From NCBI RefSeq assembly GCF_009914755.1, contig NC_060927.1: a DNA stretch of 64,000 nt, one strand, 5' to 3'. Below are positions 1 to 12,599 of this stretch, piece after piece; positions within the stretch are counted from its first letter, which is position 1, and every line of letters starts with the position of its first letter. The DNA comes from the human T2T-CHM13v2.0 reference genome, Homo sapiens. The notes beneath the pieces were generated by a model. That model saw only the letters and a list, made by a program, of their open reading frames with translations. It ran no database searches and was not told where the DNA came from. The position numbers and the translations under genes are program-made.

Positions 1-189
1 TCGATATTCCAGATGAGGATGTATAAAAGTGTGTGCATGGTATACTTTTTAAAAATTGAAACAGATGTCATTAAGGGACAATCAATTCTGTTTCCTTTGC
101 TGTGGAGCTAAGTATAGAGGATAGCTGTTGAATGACTGACTAGCATCCATTTCCACTGATTGCATCTTTAGGGACCATCCCTTAGAGTG

Positions 190-551
190 GACACTGGTGG
201 TACCTTGGCAAGACCCTTTTGCTGGGCCATGCAGCTATCCCTGGCTGCTGTGTGTTGGCAGGTAACAACTCACAGCTATCACATTCTCTAAAAAAATGTA
301 CTCGGCCAAACAGAGCTGCCTTCCTCTGCCACCACTAGACCTCTGCCAATGACTGACAGGCATGGGAACACAAAAAGCAGCCCCCTTTGCCTTACTTAGT
401 GAGATCACCTTGAAGCTAGTCTTCACCTGAAACCACATTCTTGTGTAGTATTGTCCCCCTTCTCTGGAGCACAACTCTCCCCGCAGCAACCCAATCAATC
501 TAGTGAGAATTCCTCTTTCAGGTTCTGCCTCCAGCAGGCCTTAATAAGACA
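190..551 (+). mobile_element. ERVL-class solo LTR fragment (LTR16-like)
   Basis: 3' end 'gagaattcctctttcaggttctgcctccagcaggccttaataagaca' resembles the recalled LTR16 terminus; 5' boundary approximate. Confidence 0.55.
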
Positions 552-589
552 CCATTCTCCAAACATTCTCAAGATGGAAAGGGACTGAT

Positions 590-1080
590 CCCACCCCAGC
601 TGCAGCACTCAATCAAAGCATTGCCTTCCTCTTAAGCATTGATGAATGGTTCAGGGATGGGCATGGGACCAACGCCAGGCCAATGACAGTCATATCTTGG
701 AGAGGTAGGAACTAGGAAGCTAAGGAAGGAAAGCTCTTTTGGAACTAGTGGAAGTTGTTATTCAGGGCTGGAACTAGGGTGAAGTGAGCAAGACACTGCT
801 CGCATGCAAAATCTAAAGTGGGTTATTTAAAAACTCAGGAATCAAGTAAAAGTTTAACTTTTTAAAAAATAAAAAATAATGCATGAAAATATAATAAACA
901 ACACATCAAAGTTTAAAACAAAGATAGGATCTGGATTATGCTGATTTTTCCTTTTGCCTGAGGCTTCAGTAGGCTCAATACGGCACTGTAACTTTGCCAC
1001 CACTCTGGAGAGTCTGCTGACAATCCAGCCAAGACTGAGGAAAACAGAGCCAAGAGATGTGAAAAGATAAATTCCTGTTG
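590..1080 (+). mobile_element. Old MaLR LTR (MLT1K/L-like) split by a DNA transposon
   Basis: 'ggttcagggatgggcatgggacc...ggccaatga' and 'gagagtctgctgacaatccagccaagactgaggaaaacagagccaagagatg' match recalled MLT1K motifs. Confidence 0.6.
763..988. mobile_element. Non-autonomous hAT-type DNA transposon
   Basis: Begins CAGGGCTGGA and ends TACGGCACTG (imperfect terminal inverted repeats); interrupts the MaLR LTR. Confidence 0.5.
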
Positions 1081-1094
1081 ACATACAAACTACC

Positions 1095-1190
1095 ACATGG
1101 GATAGTGGTGAGGATTAAATAAGTTAATGCATGCAAAGCCCTTAAACATAGCCTAGCTCAGAGTAAGCCCAAGATAAATGTTGTTATGGT
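1095..1190 (+). mobile_element. MIR fragment
   Basis: 'gtgaggattaaataagttaatgcatgcaaagcccttaaacatagcctagc...ataaatgttgttat' is the MIR 3' half. Confidence 0.8.
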
Positions 1191-1307
1191 TTCTACTGTT
1201 GTCTCTTCTGTTGGAATTAATCTCTGCCTCCTCTGAACAACAACGGCATTATCTCATCACCATGTCTGTTCTCAAGTTCTACTCAGTAACAAGGGAGTAT
1301 ATGGTGC

Positions 1308-1430
1308 TAGGTAAGTAGGTAGGTTGGTTGGTTGGTAGGTAGGTAGATAGATATAATAGGTAGATAACAGAAAGGTAAGTAAAGGTAGATATAGGTAACA
1401 TAGATAGATACAGAGATAGAAAAAATATAG
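1308..1430. repeat. Degenerate (GGTA/GATA)n tetranucleotide repeat
   Basis: Direct inspection. Confidence 0.8.
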
Positions 1431-1451
1431 TTATAAAGAGATACCTAAATG

Positions 1452-1611
1452 TGGGCATGATGGTGGGTACCTATAATCTCAGCTACTCAGAAGGCTGAGA
1501 CAAGAGAATAGCTTGAACCTGGAAGGCGAAGGTTGAGTGAGCCAAGATCCCGCCATTGCACTCCAGCTTGGGCGACAAGAGAGAAACCTCTGTCTCAAAT
1601 AAAAAAGAGAG
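1452..1611 (+). mobile_element. 5'-truncated Alu (right arm)
   Basis: Right-monomer sequence with A tail; TSD agagatacctaaatg / agagatagctaaatg. Confidence 0.9.
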
Positions 1612-2873
1612 AGAGATAGCTAAATGATAGATAGTCCTATTTTTATTAGTTTCCTATCTCCTTGGGATAGGAATAATTTATTAACTTTCACTTACATTCC
1701 TTTTCCAAAAGTCTAGGACTCAGTCCAATGCTTCTCACACACAAGCTATTATTTGTGTTAGCAGAAGGAAAGAAGATTGACATGAGAAAAGAGCCTGAGA
1801 AAACATCTATAAATCATGGGTCTTGTATCTTCTAGGGAGCCTACTGCAAATTATAGTATTAGATGTTGTGATATTTCTTACTGTGCATATTCCGACAGCT
1901 AAACTTGAGATTGCATAGTCTTAGCCACAGGAAGTATATCTCTCTTGTTCCTGCACTTATTCAAATCCTGCCAGTCATTGAGAACTGACTCAAGTACTGC
2001 CTTTTCATTGGCGATATCCCATTTACACAAGAACCTAGCCTTTGCTGCACCTCCCTTTCTTGCTTCCTGATGATGTATGTCTGGATCCACCATATAGCAA
2101 TATTTCTCCACTTTGTCAATCCAAATTAGCTGTGTGTCCTTGGGCGAGTGCCCTGTGGACATGTTTCCTCATGTGTTAAAAATAAATGGTTTGGACCTGG
2201 TGGTGTCTGAGGTCCTTTCTGGCTAAACTTTTGGCTCTATGTTTCTCTTTTGCTGGCTTCTCACATCTCAGTGTGGGAGGAGACATTTTACCTTCACTGA
2301 ACTGCTTGGCATCTGTTTATTTTTATCACAACCTTAGTGTTACTCTTTAAAGAAGATTTCTGTTTAAAAACAGTGCTGACTTATGTAGGGGAATAATTCC
2401 TTGAACTTAAATCACCTGTTGGCTCCCCAGAGCTCAAAGTGCTTTGCAGGCAATTGTCTCATTAATCATTGTGCCCTTTTCAGGATTAAAAAAAAAAAAT
2501 CAAGAATAAAAGCTTTCCTCAAAGATTACCTGCTAGTCAGGGTGAGCCCAAAAGAAGGGCAGAACAAAGTCTTTCTGATGTTGTCTGTCTCCATGACTCA
2601 AGACACTACCAACCTTGTGAAGTCTGACATGATTGAATCTTGTACCCTGGTCAACGTGTGGAAACCGATTCTTAGGACAATATGAAACATCAAGTCATGC
2701 AAACTTTAGACTAAATTTATCTTTGAAATACAATATGTGAAGATTTTATAATGAGGTGTGTGAAGATCACAAAACAAGCTAGGAATTCAATTCTGTAATC
2801 AGAGTGCCTGGGCTGAAAATTCTAAACTGAACCACAGAACAGCTGCAGGCTGTGGAAATTACTTTTCTTCCAT

Positions 2874-3166
2874 AAAGAAGAAAGAAAGAAGGAAGGAAGG
2901 AAGGAAGGAAGGAAAAGAAAGAGAGAAAGAGAGAAAGAAAGAAGGAAAGAAAGGAAGGAAAGAAAGAAGGAAAGAAAGAAGGAAAGAAAGAAGGAAGGAA
3001 GGAAGGAAAGAAAGAAAGAAAGGAAAGAAAGAGGGAGGGAAGAAAGAGAGAGAGAGAAAGAAAGAGAGAAAGAGAAAGGAAGGAAGGAAGGAAGGAAGGA
3101 AGGAAGGAAGGAAGGAAGGAAGGAAGGAAGGAACGAAGGAAGGAAGGAAGGAAGGAAGGAAGGAAG
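2874..3166 (+). repeat. ~290-bp polypurine tract of GAAA/GGAA units ending in (GGAA)14-CGAA-(GGAA)7
   Basis: Direct inspection; produces the spurious PSFL-repeat ORF. Confidence 0.97.
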
Positions 3167-3334
3167 ACTTTACTTTTACCACACTGGATTGTTTGTACGA
3201 TTTAAATGAGAAAGCAGATTAAATTATTTCCTCTCCTCATTTGTTAGAGATTAAAGACTAAGTCTAGATAAACAACATGTCTACTAAGGAGAAGGCATGC
3301 TGAGGAGAAGGAAAGTTTTACTTTGTTGGTATTC

Positions 3335-3700
3335 TTTGGTATTAGCTTTCGCCAAGTATCTAGCATCCTATTAGCTCAGTGATTTCCAACAACAACAAAA
3401 AAAACCATTTATTTCTTGCTTGTGTTGCAGGCAGACTTGAATTGGCTGTGACTGCTAGGCTCAGCCCCACATGTCTTCTCATACTAGGTCCCAGGTCTAA
3501 GGAAAAACCATGGTCTGGAACACTCTGATCTCATGATGCGAGGGCAAAGACAAGAGTAGCAAAGACAAACTACTTAAAGCTTCTGTTCAGATCTATTTCT
3601 TTGGCCAGAGAAAGTCACATGGTTGAGCTAAATGTCAATGAGGCAGGATAGCATATTAAGACTACAGAAAAGTCAGTCAAAAATGGAGCAGAAATAAATA
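3335..3700 (-). mobile_element. MLT1-family MaLR LTR
   Basis: 'aaaccatttatttcttgct...ccacatgtcttctcat...ttggccagagaaagtcacatggttgagc' matches antisense MLT1 motifs. Confidence 0.65.
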
Positions 3701-4460
3701 TTTGTGAATAATGCAACTTGTCATGCCTGCAACAACAAATGATAGCAAGCTTTTTGTGTTAATACGAGAAAATGGAAGTGGCCATATCAAGTAAATGCAG
3801 ACTTTCCCTTACAGACTCTAGGGTGCCACAGAAAAACTACCGGTAGAATACATAGTTCCTAGCGTAGAGTTGGAGGAAAAAGTCAGAAAACAGGGTTTTT
3901 GGAGAAATGTGTTTGTTGCTTTTCGCACTTCAAATTCTAGTTGTAAGAGATATACACTTAAAATAAGTTTTTTTTGCTATTACCTGACTTCATTTAAGTT
4001 TATAAGAAAGCATTCAATATCATTTCTGAACAATCACATTCTTACCTTAGTGGCTAACTATGAATTAATATAGATCAAAAGCCAAAACTTAAGTCTAAGA
4101 GATATATCCACCTATATAGTCATTATCTCAGGTCTTATTTATTTGCCAGATAATAAGATTTATAACCAGGTTTGGTTATATTTTTAACTTTAGGCATCAT
4201 TATGTATGAAAGCAATAATAATTTTTCAATGTTGCATTTTCAGTTGAGATACATTTCAGCCTTTTGAACAAACAAAACAAATTAGTTGAACATATTATTG
4301 GTTTGTGGGGGACAATGCATAAAAGAATCAGATTTTTATGTTCTTTCGTCCTGAAGAAAAAGTCAACAACCCTTTGCTCATTTAGAGATTTCACCCCTGG
4401 GATAACTAATTTCAGTCTACTACAAAATTCAATAGTACATATTTTAAAGGTATTATTCTT

Positions 4461-4775
4461 TTTTTTTTTCTTTTTTTCTTTTTTTTTATTTTATTGAGAC
4501 GGAGTCTCGCTCTCTCGCCCAGGCTGGAGTCCAGTGGTGCGATCTGGCTCACTGCAAGCTCCGCCTCCCGAGTTCCCGCCATTCTCCTGCCTCAGCCTCC
4601 CGAGTAGCTGGGACTACAGGCACCCACCACCACGCCCAGCTAATTTTTTGTATTTTTAGTAGAGACAGGGTTTCACCGTGTTAGCCAGGATGGTCTCAAT
4701 CTCCTGACCTAGTGATGAGCCCACCTCGGCCTCCCAAAGTGCTGGGATTACAGGCGTGAGCCACCACACCTGGCC
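4461..4775 (-). mobile_element. Full-length AluY
   Basis: AluY diagnostics (gcaagctccgcctccc, gccattctcc, gttagccaggatggtctc); perfect 16-bp TSD taaaggtattattctt at 4445-4460 and 4776-4791. Confidence 0.97.
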
Positions 4776-5453
4776 TAAAGGTATTATTCTTGCTTTGATA
4801 ACTGCAGCTTTACTTTTTATTGTTTAGCATTTTGTCACTAGCGAGAACATAGCTATGGCTTCTGGTTAAAAAACAAACTATTGAGGGGTAATGGAAACTA
4901 AATGTTCAATTTCAAATTGACAAATAAATATTGAGCCAATGATGAATTTTAATAACCAGAAACAGGGAAAATGTCTTAGTTGTCTGAGCAAGAAGGGACT
5001 CAGAGATACTCAGAGATTCTTCAGGCTCAAACTCCACTTTTTCTTTAAAGCCAAATATCTCTGTCTTGATCACTGTTTGGGAATTGAAGGCACGATTGAT
5101 GATATAGGAGGTAATCTGAGGAAAGTACATTGGTTTTTAAAGCCTCAACCCTGAAATAATACAAGCCCAGATGGGGATACTAAAGACCCCCTGTGACATT
5201 ATCCCATTCTAATCTTTAATCCCAAACAGCCTGAAGTAAAAGCTGTTAGTGCATTAAATTTACTAGGATGAAAGAGATTAGTCTCAAGACCAGAAATAAA
5301 GCCTTTTGTTTACTACAGTGGAGCATGAAAGTGTTGTCTCTATTCCTTCCCACATAGAGTTTTGCAGTATCCTGATAACATCTCTTAAACTCATACTGTC
5401 ATACTGAGGAGCATTTAATTTCCCATTACTTTAACCCTCTTGATATATGATAG

Positions 5454-5456
<3 letters not shown>

Positions 5457-5495
<39 letters not shown>
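5457..5495. repeat. (TG)n microsatellite
   Basis: About 19 uninterrupted TG units. Confidence 0.97.
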
Positions 5496-5497
<2 letters not shown>

Positions 5498-5699
5498 TCT
5501 TGAGGTCTAGTTTTCTGAACTATCTGGCTCTAATACTATCTTTTCATTCACTATTAGCATATTTTTTGTTAAGCCTTTGGAAATAGTTATAATAATATTT
5601 TAAAATCCTTTTCTACTATTTCCAACTTCTGGGTTATCTCGGAATCAGTCTCCACTGATTGTATGGTGTTTTTTCCTTTCTTTTATCTAGTAGTACAAT

Positions 5700-6065
5700 A
5701 TACTTTTAAAATTACCATTGTAATCATTTGAAAGTATACAATTCGGTGGCATTAAGTATTTTCACAATGTTGTTCAACCATCACCACTATCTAGTTCCAG
5801 AATTTTATTACTTCCAACAGAAATCCTTCACCTATGAAGCAGTAATTCCTATTACCCTCACCCCACATCCTTGACAACTACTAATCTGCTTTCTGTCTCA
5901 ATAGAAATGTCTATTTGGGATATTTAATATAAATGGAATCATACAATATGTGGCCTTTTATATCTGAATTCTTTCACTTAACGTAATGTGTTTAAGGTTT
6001 ATCCATGATGTAGCATGTGTCAGTACTTCTTTTTGTATCTGAATAATGTGGCATTGTATGAGCTA
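5700..6065 (-). mobile_element. L1M (L1MB-like) 3' UTR fragment
   Basis: 'tatacaattcggtggcattaagtattttcacaatgttgttcaaccatcaccactatctagttccagaa...aatggaatcatacaatatgtggcc' is an antisense old L1 3' end. Confidence 0.85.
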
Positions 6066-6074
6066 CTTACACAA

Positions 6075-7700
6075 AATATATCTTTACATTCTTTACATTT
6101 AGTCTTTTTTTGTCTTTGGATCTAAAGTGATTCTCATGTAGACAGCATACAGATAAATCATGTTTTTATTTTTAATCTATTCTGCCAGTCTCTTCCTTTT
6201 AATTGGAAAAAATAATCCACTTACATTTAAAGTAATTACTGATTTAAAAAAAGCATTTCTGCCATTTTACTATTTGTCCTCAGTGTGTCATATACTTTTT
6301 GTTCCTCAATTACTCCATTACTTCCTTTTTTAAAATTTAATAGATTTTTTGGTAGTGTACCATTTTGATTCCCTTCTCATTTTTTTTTCTGTATTGTTAA
6401 GTTCTTTTCTTAGTGGTTACCTTGAGTATTGCAATTAACACCTTAAAATTGAACAACTACTTTGAATTAATACCAATGAAGGTTCAATCATATACAAAAA
6501 CTCTGCCCCTATACATCTCTGTCCCTCCGTCTTTATACTGTTATTGTCACAAATTAAGTATTTATATATTACATACACAATCAGATAGATTTATAATTAC
6601 TGTTTTATAGATTTCTCTTTTAAATCATATAGAATAAAAGAGGACTTACAAACCTGATAACCTATAGGTCACATTTGGTAGGCTTGAATCATGGCTTACA
6701 TCCTGTCCCTGAATAAAGAATCTTATCATGAGTCCCTTAAATCTTATTGTGAGTTCCTCACGAATAGCCTGCTGACACTGAAAAAGACACTGATTTGTTT
6801 CTGTATCATGAAGTTGTACGGATTATCTTGCATGTAGACATTTTAGCCTATATGTTGTCATCTGTATCCAATGATTTAAACTTTTTAGTTCACCCTCCAA
6901 TGAAAAGGACAACTCCAGTATGAGGACTCCTCTTCCTTTCTTCTAAATGTTCCCATAAAAGCCTTCCAACTTGTAGCAGACTTTGGAACGTCCCCAACTT
7001 TGTTGGTATGTCTTCCCAGGTAGACCCCCAAATCTGGTTTCCAATAAACCTTTATCAAATTATTTCTACATCAACAGCATTAATTTTGGTTGAAAAACCA
7101 AATTACAATAATACTGGATAGTTTATTTGCCTACGTAGTTACTTTTACCAGTGTTCTTTATTTCGTCATATGGCTTCAAGTGAGTAGTGACTAGTGTCTA
7201 TTCATTTAAGCCTGAAGAACTTCCTTTAGCATTGCTTGTAAGCATGCCTAATAGTAAAGAACTTCTTTATCTGGGAATGTCTTCATTTTTACTTCGTCCT
7301 TGAAAGTTAATATTTCCAGGTATAAAATTTGTGGTTGAAAGGTTTTTTTTTTCTTTCAACAATTTAAATATGTCATCCCACCGCCTTCCAGCCTTCATGG
7401 TTCCTGCTGAGAAATTGATTATTTATTCTGTTTTCAATCCCTCATATATTATAAGTCAATTCTGTATTGCAGCTGTGTAGATTATCTTTGGCTTTTGAAA
7501 GTTTGATTATAATGTGTCTCAGTGTTCATATCTTTGAATTTATCCTATTTAGAATTTATTAAGCTTCTTAGATGTGTAGATAAATGGGCTTTTTAGAATA
7601 AAATTTGTGAAATTTTAGACTATTATTTCCTCAAACATTTTCTACACACTTTGTCTGTCTTTTTTCTGGGAATACCATTATGTGGATGTTGGTACATTTG
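6075..7700 (-). mobile_element. Old L1M fragment (L1MD/MC-like) interrupted by an ERV1 LTR
   Basis: 'gtagacagcatacagataaatcatg', 'ttacatttaaagtaattactgat', 'aatatgtcatcccaccgccttccagccttcatgg' are antisense L1M motifs. Confidence 0.8.
6655..7095 (+). mobile_element. ERV1 solo LTR (MER34-like)
   Basis: TG start; 'aaaaggacaactccagtatgagg'; AATAAA near the 3' end; 4-bp AACC TSD on both sides. Confidence 0.75.
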
Positions 7701-7714
7701 ATGTCAAATTTGTA

Positions 7715-8230
7715 ATTAATTCCCTAATGACATATGATGTTGAGGATCTTTTCATATTCTTATTTGATATCTGTATATATTTTCAGTGTGGTGTCTGTTT
7801 ATATCTTTTGCCAATTTTAACTAGGTTGTTTTATAATTGTTGAGTTTTAAAAATTCTTTGTATATTTTGGATATCAGTACTTTATCAAACATGTGTTTTG
7901 TAAGTATTTTCTCTCCGTCTGTGACTTATCTTTTCATTCCCTTAACATTGTCTTTTACAGAACAGAAGTTTCCACCTGTAATTAAGTTCAACTTCTCAAT
8001 GTTTTTCTTTCATGGATTATGCTTTTGATGTTGTATCTAAAGTCATTGTCAAGCCCAATGTCACCTATATTTTCTCCTATGCTGGCTTCTATGAGTTTTA
8101 TAGTTTTTATTTTACACTTATGTCTACAATCCATTTGAGTTAATTTTTGCAAAAAGTACAAGGTTTTTGTCAGATTTCCTTCTTCTTATTTTCATGTGGA
8201 TGTCAATTTGTTCCAGTGTCATTTGTTGGA
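7715..8230 (-). mobile_element. L1M ORF2 3' region fragment
   Basis: 'ttccctaatgacatatgatgttgaggatcttttcat...tatattttggatatcagtactttatca' matches antisense L1 ORF2. Confidence 0.85.
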
Positions 8231-8289
8231 ACATTTAAGCAAAGAGAAGACAATAAAAATCACTCAAACAGATGGCCTTTTCTCTCAAA

Positions 8290-9290
8290 GGATATTGTTG
8301 TGTATGGTTGTAGGTACATTATATGAAAACTGTATTTTCCCAGTGCCCCACTGATCTAAGAAAGCTTAAAATTGAGAGAGAATAATGAGTGAATAAAACA
8401 ATAAATTAAGGATGTAAGGAGTCATCATGTATGGTTTGGGGTCAAATGTAAAGAGATGCCAGCAATTTGTAAGAATAAAATGGTAAGCCAGGAGACGGGG
8501 AGTACTTGTGGCCCTAGACAGCTTCATGCTTCTGCACAGAGCATGAGACAACAGTTCAATCCAGCAAGGTGTCAGGTTCAAGAATCTCCTTTCTGTCTGC
8601 TAATAACCATGATCAATGGAATTCATTCATAACCCCAGTACAACTCAAACTGTACGTCTTCTAATTGCTATCTTATAACCACCAGAGGAAGACATATTTT
8701 AGAAGACTAAAAGACCCAGTCAGTAAAGCCATGGAATTTACCTAAGAGATTTTTTACAAATCCCATACAATTTCACTTTTGTAAGAATCCCCACTTTACA
8801 TTCAAACTCCTATGGGAGTTGCAAGGCTACCCATAGATAAAACTCTTCAAGACTTGACCAACAGTCTACAAATCAGGCAACCTTTACCTCTATAGGCATC
8901 CTTGTTTCAGGTGCCAATTGTTCTTCAGACTGAGGACCTATTCCAAGTCCATTCACAACCAGATATAAACTGCTACAATATAATTCATAGCCAAGTTTGG
9001 CTATCTTTTGGCTATAACTGTAGAGCAACGCAGGCTGATACACCTATATCCCCCACCAATATCCCGCCAGTACCAGTTTGACTTATAGCTGTTTGCCTCT
9101 GAAATATTTTTCTAAATATTGGTTATGTAGGCAACATTTTATGATAGTACACTGTTGATAAGTACTATCATGTGTATGTATTTCCTGATGCTTTCAGCAC
9201 AGCTATAAACATTCTCAGCCCGTGGAAAGCTCAGGGGCCAGACTTGTCATCCCCTCTCAACCAGTGAGCACGGTCCATGCTGTCTTCAAG
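8290..9290 (+). mobile_element. Degenerate Gypsy/Ty3-type integrase fossil (LTR retrotransposon internal region)
   Basis: Manual translation gives collinear integrase-like blocks with stops and frameshifts (see findings). Confidence 0.55.
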
Positions 9291-9826
9291 TAGGTAGGTT
9301 TGCAATGCATGCTGTGTCCTCTACTGTGGCCTCACCTCCTATCTATTTTGTATCTGGTGAACAGTTTTGATCCATAATGGATGACAACAGGTGTACAAAA
9401 GGAGCATTGAACTTACCAATATCTAATATTTATCACAATGGATATAAAATGTAGGGTAGCTGAAAAAGTTTTGAGGAAATAGTTGAGAAACAAAAATTAA
9501 AGATCAGCAGGCAGCTCAGGAATAGTGGAAACCATCGCACATAAGAAGGTTAATGTAAACCTTACTCTAGCCAAAAGAATGAATCAGTTATTGCATGTAC
9601 AGTGTATATCACAGGTGGATAAACCTAGAGTTCAGAGCATAGAAGAGCACAAGGACATTTGAAAAAAAATGGAAGAGGTATTGTAAAGATACAGTGTTGG
9701 GAAGCATCTCTGTAGAACCGTGCTACAAATTGTCAAATACAATGCTAATTAGTTACTGTACTCATGTCTAAGAATGCATATTCTCGTTAAATTGCACAAT
9801 TATGTAATGTTAAGTCCACAGGAAGC

Positions 9827-10250
9827 CTGTATTAGAGTAATTAATGCTACCTGCTGCAACAAACAACCTCATAACCTTAGTAGATTAATTCAATACGGGT
9901 TTATACCTTGATTATGGAAAGTTTAATGTGGATGCTCCTGGACAAGTGGCTTTTTTGCATGGCTTTCTTTCAAGAAATGATGGTGAAGGGATCCAGTTCC
10001 TTTCATGTTTGTGCCGTTCTCCTCCTAGCTTTGGTGTCCATTACTTTCAGCGATGCAGATAGGAAAAGTACGAGAGCATATGAAGGATCACATGGAATCC
10101 TTGGGATATTTTATGGCTAGGCTCAAAAGTGGAGCACTTCACTACTATCTACACTCCACTATCTGGGATTAGTTATATGAACCTACATAGTTTCAAAGTA
10201 GCTGAGAAATTCCAAACTTCTTTCTGCCCAGCAGGAAAATGACACACTGT
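9827..10250 (-). mobile_element. Old ERVL/MaLR LTR fragment
   Basis: 'tgtattagagtaattaatgctacctgctgcaacaaacaacc...gggatccagttcctttcatg'; subfamily uncertain. Confidence 0.55.
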
Positions 10251-11285
10251 GGTAAACTCATGAAGCCACAATTAATCTTTCTTTCCTACTTTCAAACGTG
10301 TGTTGAGTACCCCACTAGGTGCCAGACATTGTGCCTTGTGCTAGTGCTATAGACAGGAATAGGATAAATTTCCACAACAGGTGACTCCCAGCTTTCAATC
10401 TTAATTGATGGTTATATGGTAGTGCCCAATTATGGAACAAAACATAGAAGGTATAGCTTAAAAGGGACATAACAGATTCAGTTTTAAATATGCTCACTTT
10501 GATATCCCAAAGGGACAGTCACGTGGTGTCTAAACTACAAAGAAAGCTTCAAATGGAGATCCAAATTAGGAAGACATCAGAAAAAAAGCCAATAATGAGG
10601 CCTTGTAAACACAGGGAACTTCAAAATAAGGGAGGATTTTGCTTTCTTTTGTTTTTGTTTTTAAGTGGAAAAGAAACTCCTGAGTTTTTAAAAGTGAAAG
10701 GAAGGGAAAGATCTAATTGAATGAGCGAAGTTGAAGATACAGGAGAGAGTGGGGAAACCCTGTAACTTCTTAAATAGTAATGAGAATAATACATACTCTT
10801 TTGAGCAATAAAGAAGTAAATAAAGTAGAAAATGAATCCCCCATCCCTTCCTTCAGGACCAATCACACTAAGCCTCAGCGGTTATCAATGTCCACTCTAT
10901 TATTTTTTCTTACTGCTTATGTTATCTTTTATTATATTAGGTAGCTCTCCTATTTATTATGTTTATTGTTCCCATTTCTCTGCATGAAAAGTGAACTTCC
11001 ACAAAAGCAGATTTTTTTTCCTGTTCACTGCCTGGCATGTAGCATACACTGAATAAATATTTGTTAAATATCCTTCTGTATTTTTCTATACATAAAATGA
11101 GGGTCTTACAATATACATTATTCTGGAACTTTCCTTTTCAACATTATACAGCTATATCATTGCATAGAGATCTACCTTATTCATTTTAACAGTTCTATAA
11201 AATGGCTATACCCAGATTTATGTAAACAGTCTTTTATTGATGAAACTTGAAGATATTTTTAGATTTATTATTGCACATAAGCCTA

Positions 11286-11354
11286 TGATAGATAGATAGA
11301 TGATTGATTGATAGATAGATAGATAGATAGATAGATAGACAGATAGACAGATAG
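11286..11354. repeat. (GATA)n tetranucleotide STR with GACA/GATT variants
   Basis: Direct inspection. Confidence 0.9.
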
Positions 11355-11422
11355 AATTTCTGTAAGGTAGACAACCCAAAAGCGGGGTTACTGGGTCCAA
11401 AAATAGGCACATTAAAATGTTA

Positions 11423-11738
<316 letters not shown>

Positions 11739-12599
11739 TAAAATGTTAACAATGCATCTTAAAACTGACCTTGTAAATACATGGAATTATTTCCATTTCC
11801 CACAAAGAATATATGAGAGTAGAGAGGAGCTGTGTACAGAGCAAAGTTCCGAAGATATTAAGGATTCAGACAGGGAGAGAACGTGGAGAAGGCCATAAGA
11901 AGTGTTGAAGAAATGCCTGGGCAAGGAGGGTGAATCATGATCTGAGCAACAGGTATCAAATATCCCTCCCAGATAAATTTTCATGAGAGCTGCCTTTCAG
12001 GAATCCTCCCCCTTCCTAGAACTGCACAGGGAGCTGGCAACACAAGTTGGAGAAACTATTTAGCATTCCTTCTGTGGGCCATCACTTTCTCTACTGTTTT
12101 GTGCCAAAAAAAAAAAAAAACCACCAGGGCTCCCTGTCTCCCTTTAAAAACATAATTAACATTCTCAGTGGGGCAGGTTGTGCATATTACTTGCAGATGG
12201 ATGCTTCCTGTCTTGTTAGTGCTCATGCTGGCTTTAGGAAAATATGCTAAACAGTGCTTTCAGTTCCGTTTTTCTTTAATTAAGAAAACTTTTGACTCTG
12301 CTACATTCCGATTCTTGCCTTCATCAATTCAACAAACCTGTATTGAGTACCTACTACATGTCAAACACTGTGTGCACTGAGATAGTCATAGGTCTGCTTT
12401 AAATAACTCATCATATTTGAGAAAATTAAACCCATTTATAACTATAAAGAAATGTGTTCAGCATTAGGATGCAGCATATACAGAGTGTACTTAAGGAGCT
12501 TTAGAAGTAGAGGGGGTGGGAAACAAACTGATTCTGCCTTGGATGTAGAATTGGGATGCTTTTGCAAATGGCTGACATGGAAGAATGATTTGGTGTCAG

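Noticed and set aside
2859-3182. 107-aa PSFL-repeat ORF (similar ORFs at 39203-39706 and 56548-57051)
   Set aside because: Translations of simple purine/pyrimidine repeats that lack stop codons.
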